A DNA stretch of 64,000 nt, from the NCBI GenBank assembly GCA_030390025.1, contig CM059431.1, positions 129,830,001 to 129,894,000 of the forward strand, in the 5' to 3' direction. This document shows, in pieces, positions 23,712 to 37,467 of this stretch. Position 1 is the stretch's first letter; each line of letters begins with the position of its first letter. The translations under genes were made by a program, and so were the position numbers. The notes below the pieces were generated by a model that had not been told where the DNA came from, did not search any database, and saw nothing but the letters and a program-made list of their open reading frames with translations. This stretch comes from Squalus acanthias (taxonomy: Eukaryota).

Positions 23712-23737
23712 CATGATGCGGAGATGCCGGTGTTTTT
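23712..23737 (-). mobile_element. 26-bp PLE tail-only insertion
   Basis: tgatgcggagatgccggtgtt (23714-23734) is identical to 9596-9616. Perfect 10-bp TSD atttaattat (23702-23711, 23738-23747). Confidence 0.85.
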
Positions 23738-24238
23738 ATTTAATTATGGCATACTTTCCTAAAATAATCTGTGGATGATTATAGGAACATTTTATGTCCA
23801 GTGTATATATTGGATAGAATTTACTGAACTGCATGTTATTTCTTAAAACTGCACTAATGACATAATGGGGGAAAATGTTTGTCCTTCTGTTTGTTGCAGA
23901 CCTGAAACTCTCTCCAAAATTGGTACCTTCCCATGAAGTGCAGTGTGTATATAATAAAATGTTGGATGGGTGTCAGTGTATGGTGAGGCAGCAATCCAAT
24001 TATCAGGTCCATATGATGAATATAAACTTCACTTTTTATGCAGTCATCAGATAAAATAACAGAAAATGATTTTCAATGTTCTAATCTAATCTTGTTCAGA
24101 TAACATTCATGAACTTTTAAAAATTCAGTCTTAAACATTTTATAATATCTGAACTTAATTAGATTTCAGCTTTGTAATTCCCCTCTTTTTTATTCCATTC
24201 TCATGGTACAAAAATGTATGACATGGAGGAAACACTTG

Positions 24239-24905
24239 GGGCTAAAAATTGAGTAGTGCCCCGGAAAAATTAGCACCCCCCGCATTGGAACTTGAGTGTT
24301 TGCGCCCCGAGAGGGAAGTGGGGCGCTACTGGAAGCGCCCCTCATCCCTCTTGGGGTGCTGCGAGTCAATATCGCGGTGCTACGTGCTGCAGTGCCGTGG
24401 TATTGCAGGCCTTCCTCCCCTTCTTAAAGGGGAGGGGCCTTGCGCAGCGCAACTTGGGGCCCAGCTGGGCCCCCGGAGTTTGGGAGTGCCGGCAAAAGAG
24501 TCCGGCACGCAAGAGAAGTGCCAGGCTCTTGGAGCGCAGCCGGCACTCCGCGGGATGGGCCGTTCAGGAGGCCGGGGACTGGAGCGCAGGCAGGTGCTGG
24601 CAGGTGGCCAGCATCAAAAATGGCCGCCCCGCACCTCGCCTTTGAATTGTGCCTCCTCAGCCGCAGGTAGGCCTCACTGATATCCGGCGGTAAGTCGGGG
24701 CGCTCCCGAAGATTGCAGCCGGGGCGCTGCGCACGGCGATGATGTCATCGCCGGCGGCGCGGCGCAGCACGCTACCGGTTACCACTGCTGCTAACCTCCC
24801 GCTGAATTTTGCGGGAGGCGTGGGTGGCACCACGCCCGGGTGCTAGTTGCTTTGCGCCCTGTTAGGGCGCTAACAGGATGCGCAAAGCAACCCAATTTTT
24901 CCCCC
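24239..24905. mobile_element. 667-bp Harbinger MITE (CpG-rich)
   Basis: TIRs GGGCTAAAAATTGAGTAG / CAACCCAATTTTTCCCCC; TSD ttg (24236-24238, 24906-24908). Confidence 0.9.
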
Positions 24906-26269
24906 TTGGTTATTTGATTAACATGTAGTGTAAATAAACAAATAAACCCAAAGTACATTGTGACAGTATTAATTGTCCTGGTTATAGTATTAAATATAGT
25001 AGATCTGATAGTGTAAACTTTTTGCTCATACCAAAATGTAGATTGCATAGAGCAGCACATTAATCTGGCTTTCTTAATTGAACAATATACAATTATATTT
25101 CTTCATCCTTTTCCCACCAATTTTCTCCCTTACTCTTCTTCTGAAGATGTTGATTCCTTTATGGAGCACAGCTCCATGTTAATGTAGCCATAGAAATTAC
25201 AACATGGAAATAGGCCATTCAGCCGAACTATTTTGTTTTGGTGTTTCTCATCCATTTGAGCAGTGCCTGTCCTGCTTCATATTCCTTTTTTCCCCTTTTC
25301 TTCAACCACCAATCTATTCTTAAATGTTGAGACGGTTTGTGCTTCAATTATTAATTCTGGTTTTCCACAGCCTCACACTTCTCCATTTAAAAAAAAACTT
25401 TCTCCACTCTGTCCCGAACATCTTGCATTTAATCTTGTATCTCTGCTCCCTTGTTGTAGACCTCACAATTATTATCAGTCTGTTTCAATCTAATCTATCC
25501 AATCCCTTTAATAATTTTGAACACCTCAATCAAATCGCCCTGTAATGTCCACTGTTCTAATGCAAATAGTCCAATTTTCAAGTGTTTGTATTTCCTCATA
25601 CCAGGCAGCATCATAGTGAATCATCATGGAACCCTGCTTAATTTTCTCCCCTCCTCAGTCAGTCCCCAATCTGAGACTAATTGCAGTATTTACCACTGCC
25701 GCAGTTGAGATTAGCTAATTAAGCACAAACTGCGAGTTAACCGAGGATATCCTTGCTCTGTATGGTTTAACTACTCAATGCCTTAACCAGTTCAGCAGTC
25801 ACACATTTTTATGTGGAAAGTGTCCGATGTGTCTGTAGGATATTAAGCATGTTGATTGGCTGAAAAAAACCCACATTAAAATAGTAGCAATTGCAGAAAA
25901 GAAACATAAAACTCATCAATAAATTTAGCTATTCCATTTTCTGATATGTCCAGCAATATTCCACACTAGCTTTCTGTTCCACTCCCAGAGCTTTGATCCT
26001 TGATTTTTCAGCGTTACATTAAGTGCCACATAATTAAGGTATGTGGTATAAAGGAATCTGTAGTGGTGTGGATAAAGAGGGACTGGTAAACAGAGTAAAA
26101 GGGAAGTGATTTTTTTGGATGGCAAGCATATCCAGTTATCTGTGCTGGAACCTTCTTTCTATTTCTATAAATGATTTGAATCTAGGCCTAAAATATCTCA
26201 TTTGGGGACGTGGCAAACTGTGAGGAAGATTACTGAAGGATGCAGACAGAGCAACTGAGCATGCAGATA

Positions 26270-27900
26270 AAGCCAGAGGATTTTACACCACAGAAAGAGG
26301 CCATTCAACCCACCCTTCTTGTGCGGATTCTCTGAAAGAGAAGTTACATCCCCCTTGCCCTGCTGTACCCTTAATTTTTTTTTCTTTTTCAAGCTTTTAT
26401 CCACTTCCCTTTTAAAAGCGATTGTGGTCTTTGCTTCCACTACTTTCTCTAGCTTGGCATTCCATGTCCTAAATGCCTTGAGATTAAAAAAAAAAATCTC
26501 CTAATCTCTTTTTTTGGTGATAAACTTAAATTTATATCCATTGGTCACCGAATCATCAACCTGTGGAAATAGTTTTGTCCTGATCAAGACCTCTTAGTTT
26601 TGAACACCTCTATAAGATCTCCTTGCAACCTTTTTTTTTCTAAAGGATAGACCCCAGTTTCTCTATTCTCTCCTCAATACTAAAGCCCCTTGTCATCATT
26701 TAGTAGCTCTCTTCTGTACCTTTTCTGGCAGTAACATGCTTCCTGAAGTAAGGTGCCCAAAACTGGACGAAGTATTTCAACTATAGCCTAACCAATGATT
26801 TCTGTAGGTTTAGCATTATATTTTAGCTTTTTTATTCTATGCCCTACTTATAAAACCTAGGAGTCCATGTTTTTTTTTGCCGCTTTATCAACTTGTCCTT
26901 CTGCTTTTAAAGATTTATGCATCTGAACCTCTAAGTCTCTGCTTCTTCAATTTTTTTTTAAGTTTTACCATTTTGTGCTCTCCTTATTCTTCCTCCCAAA
27001 ATATATCACTTCGCATTCAGTTTCATGTCTACCCAATCTACTAACCCTTCTATGTTGTCCTGAAGATAACCATGTTCCCCTATTTTTGTGCTGTCTACAA
27101 ATTTTGATATTGCGTCCCCTATACCCAAGTCCAGATCAATTTCATATATATATAACAGTTCCAACTGTGACCCTGGAGGACATCACTGTTTACATCCCGA
27201 AAGGCTGAAAAACATCTATTAACCAGTACACTACTTTCTATAACCATGCTGCCACAATCCTTTAATATTTTTGTGCTTTCAATTTTAAGCCTCCTTTGTG
27301 ACACCTTATCAAAAGCCTGTTGAAAATCCATCCATTGCATTTCCTTTTATTAAGAGATTTAATTATTTCCTCAAGAACTCTCTTACAAGACACAACTTGC
27401 CTTTTACAAATTCACGTTGGCTTCCCTTAATTAACCCATGTCTTTCGAGGTGAGAAATTTATTCTGTATAATGGCCTCTCGAAGCTTCCTCACTGCCCGT
27501 GTTAGGCTGATTTCTCGATAGTTCCAGTTTTATCCATTTCTGAACAGAGGTGTTACATTGGCAATCCTCAGCTCCACAATTTTCATATCTAAAAATATTG
27601 GAAAGATTGTGCTCCGAGCCTCTGCTATTTTCTCTCTGACTTCCCTTGGTATTCCGTCAGGGCCCAGTGACTTTTCCACTTTGAGTTCCACCATTTTATT
27701 TAGTATTTCCTTATCTATAGCTATCCTATCTAATTGCTCCACCTCCTCTTGTACCTTTTTATTCCAACTATCACACTCTTCCGTGAAAACTGAAGAAAAG
27801 TAGTCATATGGAGGAAGAAGCAATGGTGGAGATAGCGTAGGATTTTATTTTTCAATTCTAACCAACCTTCGCTTATCTTTAACTCTCTACTTTTAATGTT
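26270..27900 (-). mobile_element. Old CR1 fragments
   Basis: MDFQQAFDKVS, LKVEKSLGPDGI…ANVTPLF on the - strand. Confidence 0.75.
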
Positions 27901-27954
27901 TGTATAAAATGTTTTGCTATTTCCTTTATTTGCCCTATTTCCTCAAACCTTCTA

Positions 27955-28309
27955 CAGGAAACTCTTTATTAACCGGCACCGGCGTGGTGCCGGTTAATCA
28001 AAAAGTCCGGATAACAGAGAGTTATATCTCCCAACGTACGAGAACCCCGTATACATTGACATGCGCCTGCATTCGGAGCTCCGTCTCCCCGGGGACCGCC
28101 AGCTGACCATCTGTCGTGTCCGCTGCCTACCTGGGCTGCACATTCTCCTCCCAATCTACACGCTCCGATACAAGGCAAACGCCTCGGGGTTTTTAAAAAA
28201 ATTACTTTTAAACGAGAGATGAAGGAAAACCCCGGTTACCTACTCAAGAATTTTGCCGGTTAAGAGAGATTTCCGGATATTTGGGTGCCGGTTAATGAAG
28301 AGTTTCCTG
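27955..28309. mobile_element. Tc1-mariner (pogo/Tigger-like) MITE, 355 bp
   Basis: TIR CAGGAAACTCTTTATTAACCGGCACC / GGTGCCGGTTAATGAAGAGTTTCCTG; TA TSD. Confidence 0.9.
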
Positions 28310-29284
28310 TATTAGGCTTTCTAATAATTTCTGCTTCCTTTACATTTTTCTATATTTGGCTCGATTTTCCTTTTATATTATTAGCCTGAATTTATTAAAT
28401 GTCTTTGTAAACTCTCATTTTAATAATCTACTCATCCAAGGAACTCCTGCTTTTACTCTACCACTTTGACTTGTGGGAATATATCTAAAATATCTAATTT
28501 CTGTTAGGCAAGGATATTAAGGGTTACGGAACCAAGATGGGTAAATGGAGTTGAGATACAGGTCAGCCATGATCTAATTGAATGGCGGAATAGGCTTGAG
28601 GGGCTGATGTAGTCTGTATGAGCTCATGTTTATGAAGAGTGGAGGATGGGAAATTGGTTCAGAGAGCATTGGAATACTCGAGTCTGGAGTTGACATAGGA
28701 ATTGATGAGGGTTTCAGCAGCAGATGGGCTGAGGTGGGGCAGAGGCGGGTGATGTTACGAAGAGGGAACCACCTAATTTCTTGATCTAGTTGCAGTTGCC
28801 TGATTCTGAGCTCTGTCTACCCACTTCTCACCCATCCTGTTTTCTTCTTTCAGGAATAGTGGTCTAAACTTGTGCCTAGTGCTCGGGCCTATTCACCGAA
28901 CTAACTTCCTTCCACTAGATTGACTTTGGGGCCATCTTCTGCACACCTCCCTCCCACAGTTTCATATTTTCAGTAGTGGTGGTTAGGCCTTGAGCCTGCC
29001 ACCTCAGACTTTCTGACTACCCAATCCTCTGCATACCTGAACCTCTCCTTTTCCCTCGGAGTTCTTAGTGTCTTATTTTCTTTCTGGCTAAACCAGCACT
29101 GAACGCTGTACAAACTATACCATATGTATGGTGTTAACTTTTCAAGTGCCTCAGTAAACTAACAGACTTATTTCATGATAGTGCTCTTAAACACGTTTTC
29201 TAAATAAACTTAATTTTTATATTAGTGTGGGTTATGCTCTGAAACTGTCATGGGACTGGTTTATATGGTGATGGACATGGTAAG

Positions 29285-29382
29285 TCAGCAAAAGGTCATT
29301 GACCTGAAAGGTTAACTCTGTTTCTTTCTCCACAGATGCTGTCTGACCTGCTGAGTATTTCTAGCATTTTCTGTTTTTATTT
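29285..29382 (+). mobile_element. Second-family PLE 3'-end fragment, hammerhead core decayed
   Basis: ggtcattgacctgaaaggttaactctg…cacagatgctgtctgacctgctgagtattt, homologous to 48549-48658. Confidence 0.7.
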
Positions 29383-29885
29383 ATGGTAAATCAGCATATC
29401 CTTTGACTCACTGTGAAAAATGGCACAAGAGATCTGAAAGCACTATAGGGCACACACACATTATCATGAGTTCCTGTGTCATGATTTCCACACAGCACTT
29501 TTTATATCAACATTTCTAATGAGGAAAATCTAATGTCAACATTTTGCCATCACACTTGGACTCAAAATAAAATGGCAGTAAATCAGAACTAAAGATGAAG
29601 AGAACATACAAATTATAAGCATCTAAATAAACTGCCAATGAGTAGCTACTAAATACTTGTGTAAACAGCCAATCCTGAATGTCCAGTCAGGAGAACCTAC
29701 CAACTTAAAAAGAGGAACCAGGTGGACTAATTGAATAACTCGCCAAGCTTTTTGAAACAAAAATCACCAGCCACTTTTTCTCAGTAACTCAAATTTCTAA
29801 TGTCCAAAGTAAAGTTTTAAACATTTTTTGTAAATTATATATTTTGCATTGACAACATTAATTTACCCACTGACTTGTATTTTAT

Positions 29886-30536
29886 GGGAGAGAAATTCCC
29901 CATGAGGGCCATTTGGGGCATAAACATTTGTTACATTCTCTCTTTTTGCTCCAAGAAGAAAGTGGAGCGCTAAATCAAGTGGTCCACTTGCCTCTTGGAG
30001 TGCAAGAGGCGGGGAATGTCCTGATCTGTGGCGATGTGCTCACGTTGCAGGGGCTCTTCCCTGTATTAAAGGGAAGGGAGGGCCCCATGCTGCGTGCTCT
30101 GCAGGTTTCATTGTAGATTTCTGGGCCACCGGGGAGCGGGAGTGCCGCGCAATCAGCCTGGCACTCCAGCAGAGTGCTGGGCTGAGCGATGGCGGCATGG
30201 ACGCCGCGACCGGTAGCCGAAAATACATTTTTTAAAAATTGGCTTTTTTTTGGCCGGCTGCCCACTGTTTGCGACCCCTGCAGCAGTCGGTAACATTGCC
30301 CGGTGCTGCTGTGGGGTACGAGTGTGAATTTTTTTCCTGGGACGCTGCGCCCGGAGATGATGTCATGATCTCCAGGCACAGAAGATCGGGGTGATACCCG
30401 GTAGCGCCGCTGCTAACCTCCTGGGCATTTTGCTGGAGGCGCGGTTATTGCCTCAGTGTGTGGGGGCGGGGGTGAAAAACCATTTGCGCCCCGTTAGCAC
30501 CTCCCACTGGAGGCGCAAATGAGGGGAATTTTGCCC
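29886..30536. mobile_element. Harbinger MITE
   Basis: Ends gggagagaaattcccc / ggggaattttgccc; shares agtggagcgctaaatcaag with the MITE at 17815 and the element at 1-3029. Confidence 0.75.
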
Positions 30537-31023
30537 AGTGTCTTTTTAATGCCTTAGTTTTTACTTCAAAACCTGAGCTTTATCTGGATATTTTGTCCCC
30601 AGAATTGGACTTTTTAACCACATCTGTACATTCTGAGTATGTACAGTTTGCTGAATTTCCCAACCTGCAATGGCAGTTTTGAGTTGAAGCAGAAGGTTGT
30701 CCACCCGATCCTGTGAGGATTTGCGGGTTTCCTTGCTTTTTGCAAAAGACTTCAAAATAAACTGTAGGCTGAATTCTCAAAGCTTTACTTGAAGAAAGTC
30801 TCAGACTTTCATAATTGAAAACTGCTTACAGACAGAAAAATGCCTCTCTGTGCTCATTAACCTCTAGAGTGCATTCCTTCCCAGTGCCTCCTGATCCCGG
30901 GATGGTACCTAGAATCCTAAGGTCCCACCCGCCCCCCCTGGCCACGTGATGCTTTTAAACTCCAAGATCCCCTTCCAGTGCGCCCACATCCTGGGACCCT
31001 CCCTTCAAAATGCTCTCAACATC

Positions 31024-31750
31024 AACTTGCAATTACATAGTGCCATTAACATAGTAATTCACAGGAGTGTTATCAAACAAAATTTGATACCAAGCCACAT
31101 AAGGAGCTATTTTAGACAAATGACCAAAAGCTTGGTCAAAGAGGTAGGTTTTAAGGAGCATCTTAAAGGAGGAGAGGGAGGTAGGGAGACGGAGAGGTTT
31201 AGGGAGGGAATTCCAGAACTTGGGGCCTAGGCAGCTGAAGGCATGGCCGCCAATGGTGAGGTGATGGAAATCAGTGATGCACAAGTGGCCAGTATTTGAG
31301 GAGCGCAGAGATTTCAGAGGGTTGTAGGGCTGGAGGAGGTTAGAGATAGGGAGGGCAAGGCCATGGAGGAATTTGAACACAACGATGAGTGTTTTAAATC
31401 TGAGGCATTGCTGAACTGGGAGCCAATGTAGGTCAGCGAGTACAGGGGTGATCACGTGTGAACAGAACTTAGTGTGAATTAGGTTACGGGCAGCAGAGCT
31501 TTGGATGAGCTGATGTATACGGAGGGTGAGGGGCCAGTCGAGAGCATTAGAATAGTCAAGTCTGGAGGTTAACGGGCATGGATGAGGGTTTCAGCAGCCG
31601 ATGGACTGAGGCAGGGGTGGAGACGGGCGATATTACGAAGGTAGAAGTAAGCGGTCTTGAGAAGATAGGGGGTCGGAAGCTCAGCTCGGGATCAAAAAGA
31701 TGCCATGGTTGAGAACAGTCTGGTTCAGCCTCAGGCCAGGGAGGGGGATG
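31024..31750 (-). mobile_element. L2 LINE 3' fragment
   Basis: ITPVLADLHWLPV…AFSCLGPKFWNSLP…LKTYLF. Confidence 0.85.
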
Positions 31751-32169
31751 GAATTTATTCTGAAGGCCCATTACAGTATTTGCTGGACCCTAGGCCCCTT
31801 CCCAGTGATCTTGGGGCTAACTCCAATGCCAATAAATTACTGTTCCTGATAATGCTACTTGGTGCAATAACTCTGTCCTTAAAACCTATGACTTGCTTTG
31901 TGCAATGCCGTGGAGATGTGCTAGTATTGATGATTTTGGGCCAAATTGAGTACATCTAAAATTGTATGTTGACTGCGAGTAAGAATTCACCGGAATCTGG
32001 ATACCTGCATTTGTCTCTTTGCGGATTCCCAATTTTTTCTTGAAGGCTTCACAGGGACTCTTCAACTTTTTTTTTAGACCTTTACAGTCTATTTTTGCAC
32101 ATTACTTATCTCTCTCCCACTTTTCAATACAAATGCCTCTTTCTATACCAGTGTCTTTTTAAATGTTCT

Positions 32170-32775
32170 TCAGTCCCTCCCCACCTGACTGCAATGGTGC
32201 GAGCGGGCGGTTAAATTGGCGCTGGGCACTATTTGCTGTGTTTCCCCCCCCCCCCCCCAGCCACCCATTTTAATTCCCGGGTTTTCGGGAATATTGAGGC
32301 AGCCCGCTGCAGGCATGTGCGGACCTCATTAATATGTAAATGTTGAGACCCAGTGACTTAATTTGTACCCCAATGCGATTTGCACTTCCCTCCTGCCCCA
32401 AGTCCTGCACGCCACAATCCTGCCCCAGGTTAAAATTGTGGCGCGGCAGTGATGTCCAGTGCTAAAGCTGCCAGGAAAAGCTGGTGGCGGGCAGGATTCG
32501 GGGCCAGAAGAGACCCAGGTAAATGATTGTTTAAAATTTGTTAAGGGCTTTCCTCTGGTCCCTGCCGGTGGTGGCCTTCCTGTCTGATATCCTGCACCCG
32601 CCCGCTGGTCTCTAGATCCTCCCTGCCAGCTTCGGGCAGGAGCCAATGTGGCAAGATTTAGATGAGGTCCGCGATGTTTAAATTGTCTGGACCTCAGGCT
32701 GGCATCGTCGTGGGCACTTCCCTCCTGCCCCGGCTCCAGCACGCCGCAATCTTGGCCAAGGGTAAAATTGTGGCT
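32170..32775. mobile_element. GC-rich degenerate MITE-like element
   Basis: GC-rich island in AT-rich flanks with repeated taaaattgtggc and architecture like the other MITEs. TIRs not resolved. Confidence 0.4.
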
Positions 32776-33624
32776 TGGGAGTTTGAGGTCCTCCATACGG
32801 CAATGTTATAGAGAGATTTTGAGACGTATAATAAAAGATTCTATTGTAAAACAGTTGAACTTTGTTGTATTTTTGTTGTGTTTCTCTCCCCAAAATGATG
32901 GTCTACTCTAGTTATGGAAATGCGTAAAACTTTACACTAACGTGCAATATTGAATGCTGAGGTTATATAAGATTATTAAAAAAAAACACTCTTGTAGAAG
33001 ACTCTAGAAAGTTTTGAACATATTTGATTCATATGTCTGTAGTAACTTCCTGTTTCTGTTGTTGTAATGTTCAAGCGTAATCTGTGCACTGTGCCAGAGA
33101 TCATTTATAATGCCCAAACTAGGAAAACTAATTAAAAAGCACTTACTCTTCTGGCATTATTTCAAAAATGGAGTTAATGAATCCCTAAGGCCATTAATGT
33201 AGAACCTTTATCAGACATTCAAAAAAAATCTATAGTACACATTTTGTTCACAGTAGGAAAAACATGTAAATTTATGTCCAGGGACAGAACAGAAAACTGA
33301 ATATGTATTATGCTTTTCTAGGTGTGTAAATAAAATGTGATGGGGTGGCGATAGTGAAGTCAATGACATTTTAACCAACTGGAATATAAAATTTTATATT
33401 TTTACTATTTTGGTAAAATTGTTGTACAATATAAGCTGTTGAATAAGAAGCAAAAATAACCATGATCAGCAGTAAATTAACATTACGGCATATATCAGCT
33501 TCATCACTAGTTGTCTGAGTCATGGTCATGTCAGGATCATACTGAACTATGCAACAATGTTAGCTCAGCGAAATCCTAACTTCATTCTGTTTATTTTCTT
33601 AATTTCTTAGAGTCAGGATTGGAG

Positions 33625-34000
33625 CGCAGAGAGTAGAGGAAAATGAGGGACGGAAGGGGATGAAGGTAGGGGAGAGGAAAGGAAGAAGGGGAGGCTATTA
33701 AAGTGGGGGGGGAGGAAAGGGAGGGGGAATAAAGCAAGGGGGTAAGGGAGGGGTGGAAACGGGGAGGGGCTGGAGGAAATAGAGTTTAATCGATAAGGGG
33801 GAGGAAAATGAGAGGTAGGAGTGGAGGGAGAAACGGAGGGAGAGGGCTGTAAGTGGGTGAAGGAGGTAGGGGGCGGGGAGAGAGGGTGGGGAGGAAAAAG
33901 TGTGCTAGTGGGTGAGTGAGGGGTAGTGAGGAAGGAGGGAGGGAGAGGGGTGGTGGAGGGAGGGGATGGAAGGGGTAAAGAGGAGGAGGGGTAAAGGAAA
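33625..34000 (+). repeat. Purine-rich (G/A) low-complexity tract
   Basis: Dense GGA/GGGA runs with very few C. Confidence 0.85.
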
Positions 34001-34029
34001 ATGCAGTCATTGGAGAGACAGAAGCCCAC

Positions 34030-35362
34030 TATAAAGTGCTGCCAAAATAATTAAAACTAAACGGAGTTAAAACGTGACTGGTGCTTATCTCTCGACCCCC
34101 CCCCCTCCACTGTCTCTCTATTGTCAGACTGCTTGTCTGACATCCAGCACTGGATGAGCAGAAATTTCCTCCAACTGAATATGGGGGAAGACCGAAGCCA
34201 TTGGCCAGAATTTTCTGAGGTAAAAGCGGGTGGGTTGGAGGTGTGGGAGGGGGGGGAAGTGAAAGTTGAAAAACTGTGAACCCTGACCCCAGCCCGCTCA
34301 GTTTCACCTTTCACTCGGGTGGGGGGGGTGTGGTGCGGGCTGCTAGGAGGTGAGTTGGCAATTTAAATATTATGAGGGCTGAAGTCTCTCTTTCAACCTG
34401 CTTTGCAGGTTTTACTGTAGGCGGCCGGGGATCCCGGGGCTCAGGATTCTCGGTGGCTGCAACAAGTCGGCCTCCACCTCAGGGAACAGTCCTTGTGGGC
34501 CAGGAGGAGCAGGAATGCTTCCTCCTGGCCCCCCAAGCTCCCCCACCATCAGCCTGGGCCCTCCCAGAATCACGACTCTGGGGGGGGGGGGGGGCCCTCC
34601 CTCCCTCCCTCCCTCCCTCCCTCCCTCCCTGGGATCACGACTCAAGACTGTTCGTAACCTTGGTGTTGTATTTGACCCTGAGATGAGCTTCTGACCACAT
34701 ATCCACACCATTACTAAAACCGCCTATTTTCACCTCCATAACATCGCCTGACTCCGCCCCTGCCTCACCTCATCTGCTACTGAAACCCTCTTCCATACCT
34801 TTGTTACCACTGGACTTGACAATTCCAACGCTCTCCTGGCCAACTTCCAACTTCCACCTTCCATAAACTTGAGCTCATCCAAAATTCCACTACTCGTATC
34901 CTAACTCGCAGCAAGTCCCGTTCACCCATCACCCCTGTGCTCATTGGCTCCTGGTTATGCAATGCCTCGATTTTAAAATTCTCAGCCTTGTTTTCAAATC
35001 CCTCCATGGCCTCGTCCCTCCCTATCTATGTAACCTCCTCCAGCCCTAAAACCCTCTGAGATATCTGCGCTCCTCCAATTCTGGCCTCTTGCACATCCCC
35101 GATTTTAATTGGCTGTCATGCCTTCAGCTGCCTAGGCCCTAAGCTCTAGAATTCCCTCCCTAAACCTCTCCGCTGCTCTACCTTTCTTTCCTCCATGAAA
35201 ACGCTCCTGAAAACCTATGCTTTGACCAAACTTTTGTTCATCTGCCCCAATATCTTGATATGTGGCTCGGTGTCAAATTTTATTTGCTGTCACTCCTGAG
35301 AAACGCCTTAGAAGGTTTTATTATGTCAAAGGCACTATATAAATGCAAGTTGTTGTTGTTGT
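34030..35362 (+). mobile_element. L2 LINE 3' fragment interrupted by a MITE piece (about 34203-34620)
   Basis: Collinear with the L2 at 4430-5248; (gtt)n tail at about 35348-35362. Insert starts ggccagaattttc. Confidence 0.8.
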
Positions 35363-37467
35363 CATCTTTACTGAGACAGCTGATCAGATAGGAGAGAGCA
35401 AATTGCTGCAGAGCCACCCAGTGAACAGAATGTGGTAGTGCAGTGATTCTGAAACCAATCTTTTTAATTGGGATTTGCAGACGTCGGCTTTTGTTCCTGG
35501 AAAATGTGATGAAAGGCTGAATGTTCTAAATGGTAGATTAAAAAAAAACACTAGCATATCATAAGTGTTCTTCATTTGTTAATTCTTTAAGTAACTGAGC
35601 AGCTATCAGCACAGATGTTACTTTTACTGAGATGTGTACACCTTTAACACCCATATATATTTTCGTAGAGATGGTAGCTGGATGTGGTCTGGTACCGTGG
35701 CTCCACAGAGAGTCTGGTAGGTACACCATTTAAATTTTGAAGCTAACCAAGGGCTTTCGTCTTGTCAATCTTTTTCATTGTAAAAGCATTCAAAATGCCT
35801 TAAGACACTTCACTAGATTGAGTACAATGTTATAAATACTTGGGGCAATGGAAAGATTTCTCAGGTGTTGGAAACTCTTAAGCTCCAACATTTTTCTATT
35901 TAAATTAATTTGACTTGGCCCTTGATTTCCTTTTAAAGTTTTGTTTATTTTTCATCTTTATTTAACCTCCAACGAACTTCTTCAATTGGTTAGTCTAAAA
36001 CTTTTGTGCTACTGTTTGTATGTAACACTGAACAGGACAAGCTCATAAACCCTTAAACAAGGGAGTGATCTGGCAACAGCAGCAGCTGTTTGGTGGGAGG
36101 GGGAAGGGAGGCAGGAGGAATAATAATTGAATACAAATTTCAACAGTGTTAGCAACATTAGTTAAGGGTAGACAAATAAGCAAACCAGTAATATGTGAGA
36201 AACAAAAAACATGGTCAATAATTTTGTAAAAATCAAAAATTCGAGAGGAATTGTAATCATTATCTTCAGAAGATACATCATTGGTTTGAGTAGTAAATCC
36301 GAGGTTTCGCAAATACAAAGTGGTATTGGCTATTTCAGAATCACTTCAATGAGAAAGCAGTAATTGACACTCGGGTCTGGAAAATGTTGTTTATTAGTAA
36401 GTGATAGTATCACATCTTAGACTTGGATTTTTATCAATCCCAGGTAGGCAAGATAAAGTGGCTTTGCTTCTGAAAGATAATAAGCTAAAGTGAGATGCAT
36501 CCACAGCACTAAACTCTCCTCGAAGTCTGCATAAATCGGCACTAATTCAGCACCAAGGATTTGACGCTGTAATTGGGTGAAAAGCAGAAAACATGTTTCA
36601 TTGCTTTTTCTGGGTATAAAGTGGAAATGGTTTAAATTTTCAGCAATACCATCTATCGCCTTAATCAGAATACACTGCAACTGAATAAATAAGTCATGCA
36701 ATTAATGAGGCTGAATGTCGAGAAAGGTGAAGTGGAAGTAGGTAGCAGACGTAAATTTTTTTCAAAAAAAGAACGGATGACAGGATTTGAAATGTATTTC
36801 ATTTCCAATAATAGGATGTTAAGAAAACACATCTTCCATATACCCTTGCTGGAACAAAAATCTATAGTTTTATATGTCCTAGTTTTATATATCCTGTTAA
36901 CAGAAAAATTGTTGAGTTGGCATTATTGGGTACAAACTAACAGTTTGTTGTTGCTTGTGGGGTGCTAGTGTGTTTTGAAGTTTTTAATGAACTCTGTCAG
37001 AAGAAGCAGTTGTATGAGGTTTTGTAAAACTTGTGTGGATGAATGTTTAATACCTTGGGTGTATTGTACTGTGTTCTTAATGCGCACTTGTCAAGGTAAT
37101 ACTTCTGATCCGTGAAGTTTATGTATGCAAGCTTTACGCACATGTATCCCATTTCCAGGAATACTACTTTTATGCAGGCATAACAGCTATTGTGAATCAC
37201 ACATTGTGACACTACTAATGTTGAAAATGCCTATCCCAGTGCCACCTATATTAGTAACAGGTACTGCAGGTACTTTTGAGTTTTATACATAGTGTTTCTG
37301 TTTCATCATTGAAGAAAAGTGTTTTTTTAATTCATTCATGAGATGTGGGCGTCGCTGGCAAGGCCAGCATTTATTACCCGTCCCTAATTGCCCTTGAGAA
37401 GGTGGTGGTGAGCTACCTTCTTGAACCTGCTGCAGTCCATGTGGCAAAGGCACTCCCGCAGTCCTGT

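Noticed and set aside
33613..34029. Pro/Ser-rich ORFs (also the Gly/Arg/Glu-rich ORF at 58366-58626)
   Set aside because: Translations of low-complexity tracts.
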